From positions 62,001-126,000 of the forward strand of contig JAAILG010000111.1 in the NCBI GenBank assembly GCA_012026655.1: DNA of 64,000 bases, given 5' to 3'. Made by a program: the position numbers and the translations under genes. The notes beneath the pieces were generated by a model, which saw only the letters and a list, made by a program, of their open reading frames with translations, made no database searches and was not told where the DNA came from. Source of the DNA: Hydrolagus affinis. Taxonomy: Eukaryota. This document shows, one piece after another, positions 26,074-38,229 of the stretch (position 1 is the stretch's first letter; each line of letters opens with the position of its first letter).

Positions 26074-26440
26074 CTATGGCCTGAAATTATTGAAATCAAT
26101 ATTAAGGCCAGTGGGCTCTAAAGTCCCTGCAGATAGATAAAGTGTTGTTCCTCGAGCTTGCGCTGCGGTTCATTGGAACAGCGTAGGAGACCATGGATGG
26201 AGAGGTCAGACAGCGAATGGGAAGTAGAGTTGAAATGGCACGAAACCAGTAGGTCAGGATTGTATTTGCGGACAGAACTGAGGTGTTCAGTAATCGGTCA
26301 CCCAATCTGTGTATGGTCTTCCCAATGTAGAGACCATATCGTGAGGAGTGGATGCAGTATACAGTACTACAATCACAGTCTCACATAAAAACTGTGCTTG
26401 GGACCTTGGACAGTGGTTTGGGAAGAGGCAAAAGGGCAGG
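26074..26440 (-). pseudogene. Frameshifted GIY-YIG endonuclease C-terminus of the Penelope ORF
   Basis: Manual translation across frameshifts: VYCIHSSRYGLYIGKTIHRLGDR..EHLSSVRKYNPDLLVSCHFNSTSHS...RKLEEQHFIY..GTLEPTGLNIDFNNFRP*. Confidence 0.85.
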
Positions 26441-26474
26441 TATCCTTAAAAGCCTCTCCCTCCCAACATGCCCC

Positions 26475-26511
26475 AGTTCTGATGAAGGGTAGTGGACCCG
26501 TAACGTTGACT
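26475..26511 (+). ncRNA. Minimal type I hammerhead ribozyme motif (degenerate) in pLTR
   Basis: agtt-CTGATGA-agggtagtggaccc-GTAA-cgtt-gact: stem I agtt/gact, stem II gggt/accc, palindromic ACGT at stem III. GAAA is mutated to GTAA. Confidence 0.7.
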
Positions 26512-28009
26512 CACTTTCCTTTCTCCATAGATGCTGCCTGACCTGCTGAGTGTTCCCAGCAATTTCTGTTTTTGTTTCAGATTTACAGCATCTGCGGTAT
26601 TTTGTGTTTTTGAGTGATGTCAGGCACCCTGGTTAACATCAGGGTTAGGGTTAACTGAACCTATGAATTTAATTTAACTTTCTTAACTTGTTTGGCATAC
26701 CATGTTGTAATACTCCCTGAATCATTAGAGAGTGATACTTTGCATTGTACATTATAACCTCCAGAGAGTTTTGTGGGTTGGCACATTTTCCAATGGTATA
26801 TCTCTTTTCTGACCGCCTGTCCGCAGTGTCTGATCTTTTTGAAGAATGCAAATTCTGAAATACGTTTCCTTTGATTAACTAAAAGCAAGTAGTGGGATTC
26901 AGACATAACCTACATTTCTGCTACATGCAGTAAAGAAATAACATGAAATAAAGTTGGGCAAGAAACTAAAGTCTCCCTGTTTGAACAAGTTGGAAAAATT
27001 ATGAGAAAGCATTGCTACTGAGAGTTATCAAGTTTCATCCACAGATAGCTTCCTGTTTGACTCAAATACCACTTGGTACAAAGCTTCATTATGCTGTAGT
27101 CCACAGACCTTAAAACATTCATATTGCAAAAAGATGGAGAGTCATCTGTAAAGGGATTATAATTTCCTCCTTTGCTACATGCATTAAAACTAATCCAAAT
27201 AAAATTTAGTGTAGTGCACCTCAGAAAACTTAGGCAGGGTGTTTTTTTATGCAGTGATAAGGGCTGTGGTGAAATTCACAACTTGTTTGACCTACATACA
27301 ATTTCCAGCAGGTTTTAGTCGAACATCTTATGGAATGAATTGGATTCTTCCCATCTGGACATAAAAAAAACTGGAAATGCTATGGTCGAAAGTGTGTTCT
27401 TCATGAGTCCAGAATTGACCATACTTGGGGATCCCTCACATATGTTAGATTTATGCAATAAAGCCTTACTGAGAAATCTGCTGGTACCCAGCAGCAAAAT
27501 AATAATAGAAAAGTCAAAGTCATACAGACATTGGAGGTTGAGATAGAAATACAATCGTAACTATTTTATTTGAGACATTTATTACAAAATCAAGTAGTTG
27601 AACATCTGGATAACAATTCTCAACAAAGAGGAATCTTGTAACCCCACTTGAGGCCACTTCTCCGACATCCTACCTGCAGTCATTCAACGTTTTTTATTGC
27701 ACCAATTTTGTTCACAGCCAAATTGTTGTAGCTGATTTTTGTTTGGTCAACCAGGTGTCTGGCACATGTGGAAATCCATAATCATGCTAAAGGGCATCCA
27801 AATCAAACTGAGAATTCCATGCATCCCACATATACTATTTACCTAATTCCATAAAAGTAATAGGTGCAGGTTGGCTAGTCCTGCTTGAGGACTCTAGAGT
27901 GGGCGTTGGCAGTCCTGCTGGAGTCTCACAAGCTAAAAATGTGAAACATCGATTCTTCAAATGTGGACCATCAATCTGTTCCTGAGTAAACTTTGCGCTA
28001 AGAGGCACA

Positions 28010-28360
28010 ACAAAGTAGATAGTGGGAGATTGTTTCCCCTGGTTGGAGAATCTAAAACCAGGGGTCACAGTCTTAAAGTTAGGTGTCAGCCGTTTCACAA
28101 TGAGTTGAGAAAAAACTTCTTCACTCAGAGGGTGGTGAATGTATGGAATTCTTTACCCCAAAGGGCTGTTGATGCTCAGTCCTTGAACATATTCAAGACT
28201 GAATTAGATAGATTTCTCATTTATAAAGGGATTAAGGGGTATGGGGATAAGGCAGGTAACTGGAGTTAGAGTAGAATATCAGCCATGATTGAATGGAGGG
28301 GCCGGCTCGATGGACCGAATGGCCTTCTCCTGCTCCTATTTCTTATGCTCTTATGTTCTT
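28010..28360 (+). mobile_element. CR1 LINE 3' end
   Basis: KVDSGRLFPLVGESKTRGHSLKV...FFTQRVVNVWNSLP...FKTELDRFL, followed by a 3' UTR hairpin region and a (tcttatgt)-like tail. Confidence 0.92.
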
Positions 28361-29904
28361 AAACCAATTCTGCAGCATTGCAAAATGATGTTCAGCCACC
28401 ACTATTTATAACAATAATAATCCTTGCAATTGATCTAGTGCCTTATCACATCTTCGAGACAATTCAAGACTATTCCACCAACGACACACTGACTATTGTT
28501 ACCCCAGTAAATGCTGGTCCATGGTTGTATCTCAGTTTGCCATGACTGATTTTGCTGAGTGAACACCTTCTTTGATTTTGTTATCTCCTGGATTGTGCTT
28601 GTTAGATGGCTCAGGAGTGATTAGCAACCACCTCATCAGGCAACAAAAAAAATCTGTTGCCTTTTGAGATGCCAACAGCACTCCCTACCAAGCTCAATGC
28701 CAACAGCTAGTGAAAGAGGAGATTAGGTGAGAACAATGCAGATTATACAGTACTTCAGCATTAATTGTGCCCTTTGAAAAAGCTCAATATTCAACTTTGT
28801 ACAATAATATTCGAATTCCAGCATTTTATTTGAAACCGATGTTCTAATTTGGCAAACGCATGCTGCTTGAAACAAGCCAGCGTTCAGTGGAATGCAAACC
28901 GCTTGCTTGCACGGTTTTCTTCCCACATGCATTGACTGAGGGTAAGAAAATAAAAGAATTAGCGTAATGCTGACATCTTATGCAATGCACAGCGTGATCA
29001 GTAGGGAATGCTGAGGGTGAAAGTGTAAGGCATCCACAATGGCTTGATGTTGGGTGAAAAGGTTCTGAACCGGTGGATTCAGCATCAGACCTCAGTTTCC
29101 TGCTGACAGTTGTGAGAACTTGAGAGGAAGCAGAGGAGACACATTAAAGATGTATGGATAGGCCCCTATCAAGAGAAGGTTGTCAATCAAAAAGGCAGGA
29201 GGTACGGAAAGAAAAATAGAAGCTTTGTGAGATGGCAAAAAGGCCGAGGGAAGGAGTGTAGAGAAAAAGAAGGCAAAGGGTGTGAGCCAGGCAGGAAAGG
29301 AAGCTTAAGACACAAGGGAACAAATAGCTAAGTCAGAACAAAGCCAAGAAAATGAGTTCATGAGTTCTCAACAAATGCTCAACGTTGCATTTTCACAGCT
29401 ACGGGGATAGTGAGAGTGAGCTAAAACAAGGAGATCCAAATTGAAATTGATCATGCCAGCACTCAGAGAGATCTGAACAAATTGCAGAGCTCAAGTTTCA
29501 TGCTAACATATGAATACCAAAGTTTAATTCAGTGAATGTAATATCAGGTTGTTTTGTTTTGGTCTGTTTCAGTCTGCCCTGTTCAAAAAAAAACATGGTG
29601 GTGTATATGAGCCAAGGACTTCATGTAGATAAAATGCTACATCCTTTATACCTTTATGTATTCTTTATACTCAACATATACATGTGGTGAGGGAATATAT
29701 GAGTATTGTGGGGGTGAAGGGAGAAAGCTGGGTTGGGGGATTAGAAATGGTGGAAGATCACACAAAGTAAAGGACTCATTGGGTTGAATTGACCAGGCTG
29801 ATTGTTCCACTTACAAACCAGGGCATAGAACAATTGTAATGTTGACCCAGGTGAGACCAGCTCTGTCCTCTGATAAAACTGAAGCCCTACTTGTCTCTAT
29901 AATA

Positions 29905-30395
29905 AAAATAATAGTAATCCTTGCATTTGATATAATAATAAACCTTGCATTTCATATAGTGCCTTATCACGTCTTTGAGACGTTTTAAATTGACTGTATA
30001 TTTTGTGGGAGATACGTGGCAACCAATTGCGTACAGTGTCCCACAAATGGTCGTGGATTGAGTGACCAATTTTGGGGGGAATGGACCATTACTCACAGAA
30101 AAGTGATCCACCAATCAATTAACAACTGGGTTTGCACTTACTGCTAGGTAAACAGAGGTGCATCAATTAAAGAAACTTGCCTAATGTTTCATCATCATGC
30201 CTGGGAATCAAACCTCATTATAAAATAAATAATAATAATAATCCTTGCATTTGATATAGAGCTTTCCATGTCTTCTAGATGTCTCAGAATGTAATGTAAA
30301 GTGAATTGGCTGTATATTTATGGGCGAAATAGCCCAGTACCTAGGAATTCCTCGCTTGTGAGGTGAATGCTCTAACCATTATGATACAGGACTCC
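29905..30395 (-). mobile_element. Two adjacent decayed SINE copies
   Basis: Tails at ~29905 and ~30225; long-body segment (tactgctaggtaaacagagg); head ending ggactcc at ~30395. Confidence 0.75.
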
Positions 30396-30532
30396 ATGAG
30401 ATTCAATCTATGAATCATCTATGAATCTATGATTGAATTTATGAATCAATCCTATGCCAGGAAAGGTCATTGGAGGATCTGTCACACCAATCTTTCAATA
30501 AAATTGTAGAAACAGTCCCTGGTGTAAATGTA

Positions 30533-30847
30533 CAATAAAACCTTGTTTATCTGGTACCCAACCAAACGGCATACTCAATCAACCAGTATCTCCCAATACA
30601 ATTCACCATTCTAGCAACCGGATCTCATACCGTAGCCTTCCGGGACACTCGCGGTATGCTCACTTTGCGCACGCTCACTTATTAAACCTGGAATGCTTTT
30701 TTACCGATCATTTTACCGAGGTTGCTGGAATGCTTTATTAATTTTTTGTTGTCAGATTTTCGGCAACTTGCCACTCGAATAACCGGCATATTTGATTAAT
30801 CGGTAACGGTCAGGTCCCGAGGGTGCCGGATAACAAAAGTTGTACTG
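30533..30847. mobile_element. Tigger/pogo-like non-autonomous DNA transposon (MITE)
   Basis: TA-flanked imperfect TIRs: caataaaaccttgtttatctggtaccc versus the reverse complement of the right end cagtacaacttttgttatccggcaccc. CpG-richer than the flanks. Confidence 0.75.
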
Positions 30848-33800
30848 TACTGTATTGTGAACAGCCTTACACCCTGTGCTGAGGCTTGATTTGGGGAACG
30901 GATATTCATCCGATGCCATGAATCAAAAGGAAATTTTGTGCACAGACAGAGATTTGCCTCTTCATTGTCAGAAAAACTGACTGACATTGCTCAATGCGTA
31001 TATTTATTGTGATTTCTTTCAAAATAATCTTTTTTTGTCTGGAGTTATTTCCTGGGAATGGGTAGGAAATGCCAAAAACATACAAGGCAAAGGCTATTAT
31101 ATCAAACATTGCAATGCTCTGGCAGGAAGTCTGTTGCACAGATTTTCAGACCTAATAGAAATACATTAACTCATTAAAAAGCAAAATAATAATAGGTTAG
31201 AGATATAAAGCCATAAGAAAAAAATTGCAGAATACATTTCCAGAGATCCAGTCCTGAGACCTCATTAACCAAGTAACTGGGAATTACTTGTTCTTTTTTA
31301 GAGATGGTATTTTTTGGAAGTAATATTTGTGAAGTTTAATATAATTGTGTGGGAATCTAGAATAATAATAATATTCCTTGCAGTTGATATAGCACCATAT
31401 CACATCATTGAGACACCTCATATCCCTTCACAGAATATACAGGCAGAAGTAATATTTCTGCATTTAACCCAGTTGTTAGTCAATTGGCAGATTGTTTTTG
31501 CAGGGGTAATAATTCCTTTTAAAAAATTGGTCACTCAACCCATGACTGTTTGTGCGCAATGAGCAATTGGCTAATGCATTTCTCCTACAAAACATACAGT
31601 CAATTCACTTTACATAATATTCTGTGAAGCTCTTTCAGACATCTTGAAGACATGATAAGGTGCAGTAGACAAATGCAAGGATTATTATTATATAATTATT
31701 TATCACTAAAGATGAGTGACCTTCAAATGCCCTGACTCAACAACATGTTCAGAATTGATTCTTAATCTCGGTGTAGAGTACTATAAAAAGTTTCTGTGTT
31801 GCCCTAAAATTGACTTCTTGGTATTGAGAATGTGTGCATTGCTCTGTAATTACCCTGAGGGAAGGTGTGTGAAGAATAGCATACTGTATATTGTCTGTTT
31901 AAAGGCCTGAGGGGAAGGCATTGGTTTCCTGAGCCAAAAATTCCCAGCTCTCGTCTGCAGCCAGGTATACAAAGCTTCTTTTAACTTTGTGAAGCAAGCG
32001 GTGAGATGAAACATGCCCACTGATGGTTAACAGATCTCTCCCCGATGACTCTGCTTCTGAGAACACAGTTTGTTTACACTCCACAAAGTTTTTAGCATTT
32101 TCAGCATTCAAGAGGAGTTGGCAGGAGTCATGATGTTGATTGCCATATTCCCAAGCCAGAAATGTCAGTTCCCTCTTTCTTTTTTACTCCTTCTGTCCAC
32201 CCACCAATCATGATATACGTTTTCCCAGCAATCAATGCATCAAAAAAACCCTAGACAGTATGTAATGTACATGTTTAAACAAGATTGCTTTACTGCTATA
32301 GAGTTCAATATTGAGGATTAATTTCCTGAATTAAATTCATATGTGGTGTGTAACTTCAAACTATTTTAAGGTCCAAATGTTTCCAAAAATCAGTGAAGAA
32401 TGGGGTGAAAATGATCTATGATGTGATACAACAACTTGCATTTATATAGTGCCTTTCACGCATGGTGGCATCTCGGAGAGCACTGATGATTATCACTAGT
32501 GATATTATCACATACCCCGTGCCATGTCCTGAAGTCACAGTTGCTGTCAGAATACAGATGAGCACAACATTAAGTTACGATAGTACCGAGAGAAGTGGCA
32601 CTGAAATACTGTGCTTCGAAGGACAACAAATTCAATAGCCAACATAGCTGGATCAATGGTGTCTCCTTGTGGAGGTCCAACCATAATGTTAACTTGAGGA
32701 TAAGAGAGGAGCAGTGTATCAAGAAGCTTCTTAATGCTCAATATTAGGTCCAACCAAAATGACATTGACTAAGGCAAAACTCCTAATATATAATATCACC
32801 AGTGATAATTAACACATCATCACTGATTGAATTCCCCCTACCAACCTCCTTTTTTTTTGCAAATGCATATAGCAAACCACATGAAATTGTATTTCTATAT
32901 TGGTGCACTGGAAATTTGCCATAATAAGATAGAAGACAAATACTTTGCTGTTGTGACAATGAGTACAAAAATGAGGTTCGAATGATCAATTCGAGAAACA
33001 CTTATGTAAATAACCACCTGGTGCACAATAACTACTTGCTTTTATGTAATTCCTTCACATAAATGTACGTCTCAGAAGAGTCCCCGGTTAAACGAAATGG
33101 ATGACACTGAGCAGGAAAATAAGAGATTTACAATTGATGGCCTAGGACACAGCCAAAGTGAAATGCTTTGTTAAGGAAGGGAGAGGAAGGAAAGACAAAG
33201 GAACATGAAGTGATAAGAGGCTTCTGAGGTACAGCACAGCAGGTAAACTCCAATACAGTGAGCAACTTGGGGATGAGAGAGGAGCAGTGCATTAAGAAGC
33301 TGAGACTTAGCCCATGACTGGTTGTGCCACCTTATCCACAGAGCTCTGCAGGGACAGTCTGCCTGTGTTATTTGTGGTAGATAAGGTCACCATCGACTGC
33401 AACAAGTATAAATATGTTTTAAAAAATAATTTGGTCACTCAATCCTCGACTGTTCTCAGGATGCTGCTGTGCGCAATGGGCTGACGCATTTCACCCACAA
33501 AATATACAGTGAATTCACTTTACAGTATATTCTGTGATAAGGTGCAATATCAAATGCAAGGATTATTATATTATACTATTAAAAGGATTTTGTCTTGCAG
33601 GATTCAGAACATATCTGCACCTCTCCATGGGTGATCGAACTAGAGTATGATCACCCATACCTTGGATTACCTTGGAACAAGTTCAATTGCCCCCTGCCCC
33701 CGGGCTGAAGATTTTCTTTCAGACATCACTCTCAATAATCTTGAAAGGACGAAGGGCTGAGAGCATTTGCATTTGATATAGCGTCTTATCGTGTCTTTGA

Positions 33801-35514
33801 GACATCTCAAAGCGCTCCATAGAATATACTGCATGTGAACTGATTGTATATTTTGTGGGAGAACTGTGGCAGCCGATTTCATTATAATAATATAATTAAT
33901 AATATTTGCGTTTGATATAGCATCTTCTCACGGCATTGAGACTTCTGGTCCCGAATTCTAGTTTCAATGGACCAAGCTATTTTGTATGGTATGCTTTTAT
34001 CTGCTCGGCTAGTGGGACCGAGCAGAGACTGACAGGTGATATCTCAGGAGCAGGCAGTATGCTGTATACCAGTGCATTGATAGGGCGAGTAATCCATTGC
34101 ATTGCTATCCTGCCGAATACAAGCACCTCAACAGGAACCAGCAGCCAGCAGCTGGAGGGCAGATTTCATACGGGTCAAGTGTCTGCTTTGCTGCTTCAGA
34201 AGCATGAAATTCCCATTATTTCTGATGCGTCTTCATTGGCTATTATTTTTCCATGACATTGTGAAGTTGCTCCGCGACTCAGACTCCAGTACTGATGGTT
34301 ACTCCTGCGATGCTGTTCACGCTTGTTACAGTTCTAAAACAACTAATTTTAATGTGTTCTCTACCCAAAGAGAAGCATCTTTAATCTACATCTGTTACCC
34401 CAGCAAGTTATTTACTGGAATGATTCCTGGCTTAGTTAGTTCACCGTGACCTTTGTATAGGTTTCATTGTGGTTAGACTTGGTATCTTATCACTTTGATT
34501 TCTTGCTTCACTTTATAATTGTTGGCCCAGATCTGTTGTCTGGTGGTGAGACTAAAAAAAACACACATCCAGCATAATTGCTTAACTTACACCTGACCAC
34601 AGCACAGTGACTCACATTGCCGGCTTGCGCAAAAGTTCCAGCCAAAGTCTTTCTTTCTGTCATTACCTTTTTCTTACTTCTGACAAATTTGTTTATGATT
34701 TGAGCGCAATCCTTAGGAGATTCATTTTCCCATGAGCTGTGGGAACTTGACATCTTTGCTAAGGTTAGAAAGCTATTTCTCCCATTCCCCTCAGTGCATT
34801 CCAGCCTTTGCAAAATTGCACACTCCTGCCCCTCAGGCTTTTGTGTCATTGACTCAATTGTGTGCTTTGTGCAAAAGTACCAGCCCCATCCCCCACTTTC
34901 ATTGAAGCTTATTGTTACCTTCCTTGTTGGTTCTGTACAGAGGCTTTTTGGTCCCATAGCCACGTGGTAAATGCTAGTTAGAAACTATTAATACTGCTGG
35001 TGATCATGCCCGCATCACCCTTTGGTGATCAGCCACCAAAGGATTTGCTCCATTTGCTCCTATTTTCTCAACTTTTTCCAGGTTGCTCAGTTCTAAGGCT
35101 TGATGTTCTCTTGTTCCGTGGACAAAGTTTTCAGCAGCAATTCCAGTAGCCCTCATTCTCATGGGATGGTTTGACTCTTGCTCCACTAGCAAGTTAACAA
35201 ATGAACCTTGAACCTGGGCAGCTGATCCGAAATGACTGTGAAGCCCCTGTTGAATGTCAACAAGACTGAGTCTCTCCTGCTTGGCTCCTGTCAGTGCTTT
35301 CTTATCTCTGGCTCTGACAGCATTAACCTGCATAGATGCATGTTCCACCATCAGCGATGGAAATTCCTTGAAGAAATTAATAGCAATTAAGAAAGAACCA
35401 ATGAGATAGAAATAGATGTATAAAAGGATGATAAGTAGGGAGCCAGTGGTGGCTGGAGAGTTGGAGAACTGACGATGAGCTCTCAATAATAAATGATCCT
35501 TGCATTTGATATAG

Positions 35515-36165
35515 CAAAACCGAGGCCCTCTAGCCAGCGCCTTCGCATCTAGGCGCCGGCATTATCAGCATCCACGGATGCACACTCCACGTCACCAAGC
35601 CAGTCAGGAACCTGGGTGTCTTGTTTGACCCTGAACTTTCCTTTCTCCCCCATATTCATGTCATGACCAGCATCGCCTTCCACCACCTCCATAACATAGC
35701 CCATCTCCATCATTGTCTCACCCCTCAGGCCGCTAAAACTCTTTCACATGCATTTGTCACCTTTAGGCTTGACTACAGCAAGTCCCTCCTTGTCAGTTTC
35801 CCCAACTCTTCCTTCTACAAGCTGTGGATCATCCATAACTCTGCAGCTTGTGTGCTCTCCCGCACCAGGATCCGTGACCCCATCACGCTCCCCCCCCCCC
35901 CGTTGCCCGGCTTCGCTGGCTCCCCATTCCTCAGAGAATCAAATTCAAGATTCTTCTCTTCACTTTCAAAGCCCTCCATGGTTTTGCCCCTTCCTGCCTC
36001 TCTGACCTGCTGACCACCTATCAACCTATTCGCTCATTCTGTTCAGCAGGCTCCGGCCTGCTCCATGTCTCCCGCCCAACCCACCCTACCATCAGAGGCT
36101 TTCAGCCTCTCTGCCCCTACACGTTGGAACTCCATCCCACAATCCCTTTGCCTTGTTCCCTCCCC
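35515..36165 (+). mobile_element. L2 LINE ORF2 C-terminal remnant
   Basis: FDPELSFLPHI...AKTLSHAFVTFRLDYSKSLL, homologous to 43279-43851 and 55500-56240. Confidence 0.88.
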
Positions 36166-36296
36166 TGCTAATTAAAAGAATTAGAAGCCTGAAGAAAGAA
36201 GAAAGCAAACAATTGGAGACGGGATACATTGTAGAGAAATACCAACAGGTTAATATTTGGCAAAAGAGAGTTAATGACAGGGAAATATAAACTACA

Positions 36297-36742
36297 ACAG
36301 CAACAAAAGTACACTTATATAGCACCTTTCATGTCAGGAGGACATCCCAAGGAGCTGGACAGTCATTATTTCAGACCTGAGCTGGGGTCGGGGACGGGGA
36401 GGGTGGAGGGAAAAGGAGAGATTTGGGGTGAAGAGGAGGGTCTTGAGGCAGGATTTGAAGGAGGCCAGGGAGGGGGCAAGGCGGAGGGACTATGGGATGG
36501 AGTTCGAGTGGTTGGGGACAGAGTGGCTGAAAGCTTGCCCGCCAATGGTGGGGCGGGTTGGTCAGGGGACATGGAGCAGGCTGGAGCCTGCTGAGCGGAG
36601 GGGGCGGGCAGGTTGGTAGGGTGTTAGGAGGTCACAGAGGTAGATGGGTGAAGGCATGGAGGGCTTTGAATGTGAGGACCAGGATCTTGAATTGAATCCT
36701 CTGGGTGATGGGGAGCCAATGGAGTTGGGCAAGAATGGGGAT
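36297..36742 (-). mobile_element. L2 3' end inserted in Gypsy pol
   Basis: caacagcaacaaaagtacacttatatagcacc tail; Gypsy-like coding sequence lies on both sides. Confidence 0.8.
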
Positions 36743-37145
36743 TTAGGGGAACAATGAAACCAGTGATACAGCCCAATAGAAGAGTGCCGGAAGTAATAAA
36801 AGAGAGATTAAAAGACGCATTAAACAAAATGGGAAAGGAACAGATTATGAAATAAGTACAGAAACCCACTGACTGGGTGAGTGCCTTAGTGATAGAAAAA
36901 ACAACTAAACCACTAAGAATATGTTTGGACCTGTAACACTTGAACAAGGCAATAAAGAGAGATCACTACAGGATACCCACTTTGGAAGATGTTTGTGCTT
37001 TGGTACATGGAGCTAAATTCTTCTCTACGTTAGACTGCTCATCGGGATACTGGCAGGTCAAGTTGTCAGAAGACAGTGTGTACCTGGCAACATTTTTGAC
37101 TCCATATGGAAGATATTGCTTCATGAGAATACCATTTGGCATAAA

Positions 37146-37177
37146 CAATAACACAAAATACTGTAGATGCTGGAAAT
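37146..37177 (-). mobile_element. 32-bp solo Penelope terminal tail with 14-bp TSD
   Basis: TSD ccatttggcataaa at 37132-37145 and 37178-37191. The reverse complement of the insert matches 26581-26612 at 28/32 positions. Confidence 0.85.
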
Positions 37178-37812
37178 CCATTTGGCATAAAGTCAGCTCG
37201 GGAAGTATTTTTAAAAAATTGACACAACTTAACGAAGGAATTCCAAGTGTCATAAATTATGTTGATGACATTCTAACATATGACAAAACAAGAAAAGAAC
37301 ACGACACATGTTTGGAGAGAGTATTAAGGAACAGCTTGGAAGAAAATGTAAAACTGAATAAAGAAAAATGCAAGAGAGGAGTAACAGAAGTAAGGTATTT
37401 AGGACATATAATCACATAGGAAGGTTGAAAATTGATTCACAGAAGGTGGCAGCAATAACGAAAATGCCTGCGATCGCATACAAAAATGGAATAAAAAGAC
37501 TAATGGGGATGGTAAACTGGGTGGCATGGTTTATTCCAAAGGTAACAGAGGGGACGGAACCAATAAGAGAACTCGTAAAAACTAACAGAGCATTCTTATG
37601 GGGAAAAGAACAGCAGCAAGCATTTAATAAAATAAAAGAGGCCATTACGAAAGATCCGGTATTGAGATTCTAAGATGTACACATGCCAGTTATGATGTCT
37701 GTTGATGCAGGAATAGGAGCCATATTAATACAAAGAAGCAAAGACCATAATGTATACATCAATGGCTTTATCAGAAACCGAGAAAAGATACACCCAAATA
37801 GAAAAGGAATGC

Positions 37813-38229
37813 TTAGAATCATAGAATTTTACAGCACAAAAAGGAGGCCATTCAGCCTATCGTGTCTGTGACGGCTCTTTGAAAGGAGCTATTCAAAGTC
37901 AATCCCACTCCCTGCTCTCTCCACATAACCGCACAAACTTGTTCTCCCCAAATAACCATCCACCTCCCTTTTAAAAGTTATTATCGAATCTGCCTCCACC
38001 ATCCTTTCTGGCAATGCATTCCAGATTCGAACAACTCGCTGCATGAAAAAAATTCTCCCCACATCTCCTCTGCTTCTGTTAGAAACTATTTTAAATCTGT
38101 GACCTCGAGTCACTGACACACCCATCAGTGGAAACAATTTTTCCCTCTTTACTCTATCAACTCCCTTCATGATTTAGAAAACCTTTATTAGGACTCCACG
38201 TAAGCTTCTCTGCTCTAATGAGGATAATC
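37813..38229 (-). mobile_element. CR1 3' end inserted in Gypsy RNase H
   Basis: ORF 37889-38170 (KLFPLMGVSVTRGHRFK...FFMQRVVRIWNALP) with a ttctatgattcta tail. Splits ...IEKEC / LAVVF... Confidence 0.92.

Larger units (their letters stand above)
25345..26612 (-). mobile_element. Penelope-like retroelement, 5'-truncated, with inverted pLTR copy; 14-bp TSD
   Basis: TSD agtgatgtcaggca at 25331-25344 and 26613-26626. Inverted arms 25345-25479 and 26442-26575. GIY-YIG remnant inside. SINE inserted at ~25555-25899. Confidence 0.9.

Noticed and set aside
26641-26654. Telomeric-like agggttagggtta
   Set aside because: Only two units and outside the Penelope TSD; insufficient to call an interstitial telomere.
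32688-33302. ~37-bp diverged direct repeat (gagaggagcagtg...aagaagct) about 580 bp apart
   Set aside because: Lies among decayed L2-like sequence and most likely represents two old repeat fragments.
35019-35042. Perfect 9-bp hairpin cctttggtg/caccaaagg
   Set aside because: Too short for a pre-miRNA and plausible by chance in 64 kb.
34508-35486. Long minus-strand ORFs (151 and 160 aa)
   Set aside because: No recognisable domain. The second is partly antisense to an L2 fragment (LNVNKTESLLLGS at ~35250) and to the LTR.
36940-37419. Intact or domesticated reverse transcriptase ORF
   Set aside because: The frame stays open only because the 46-bp insertion is offset by a nearby indel. Flanking pol has stops and frameshifts, and the integrase core is missing.
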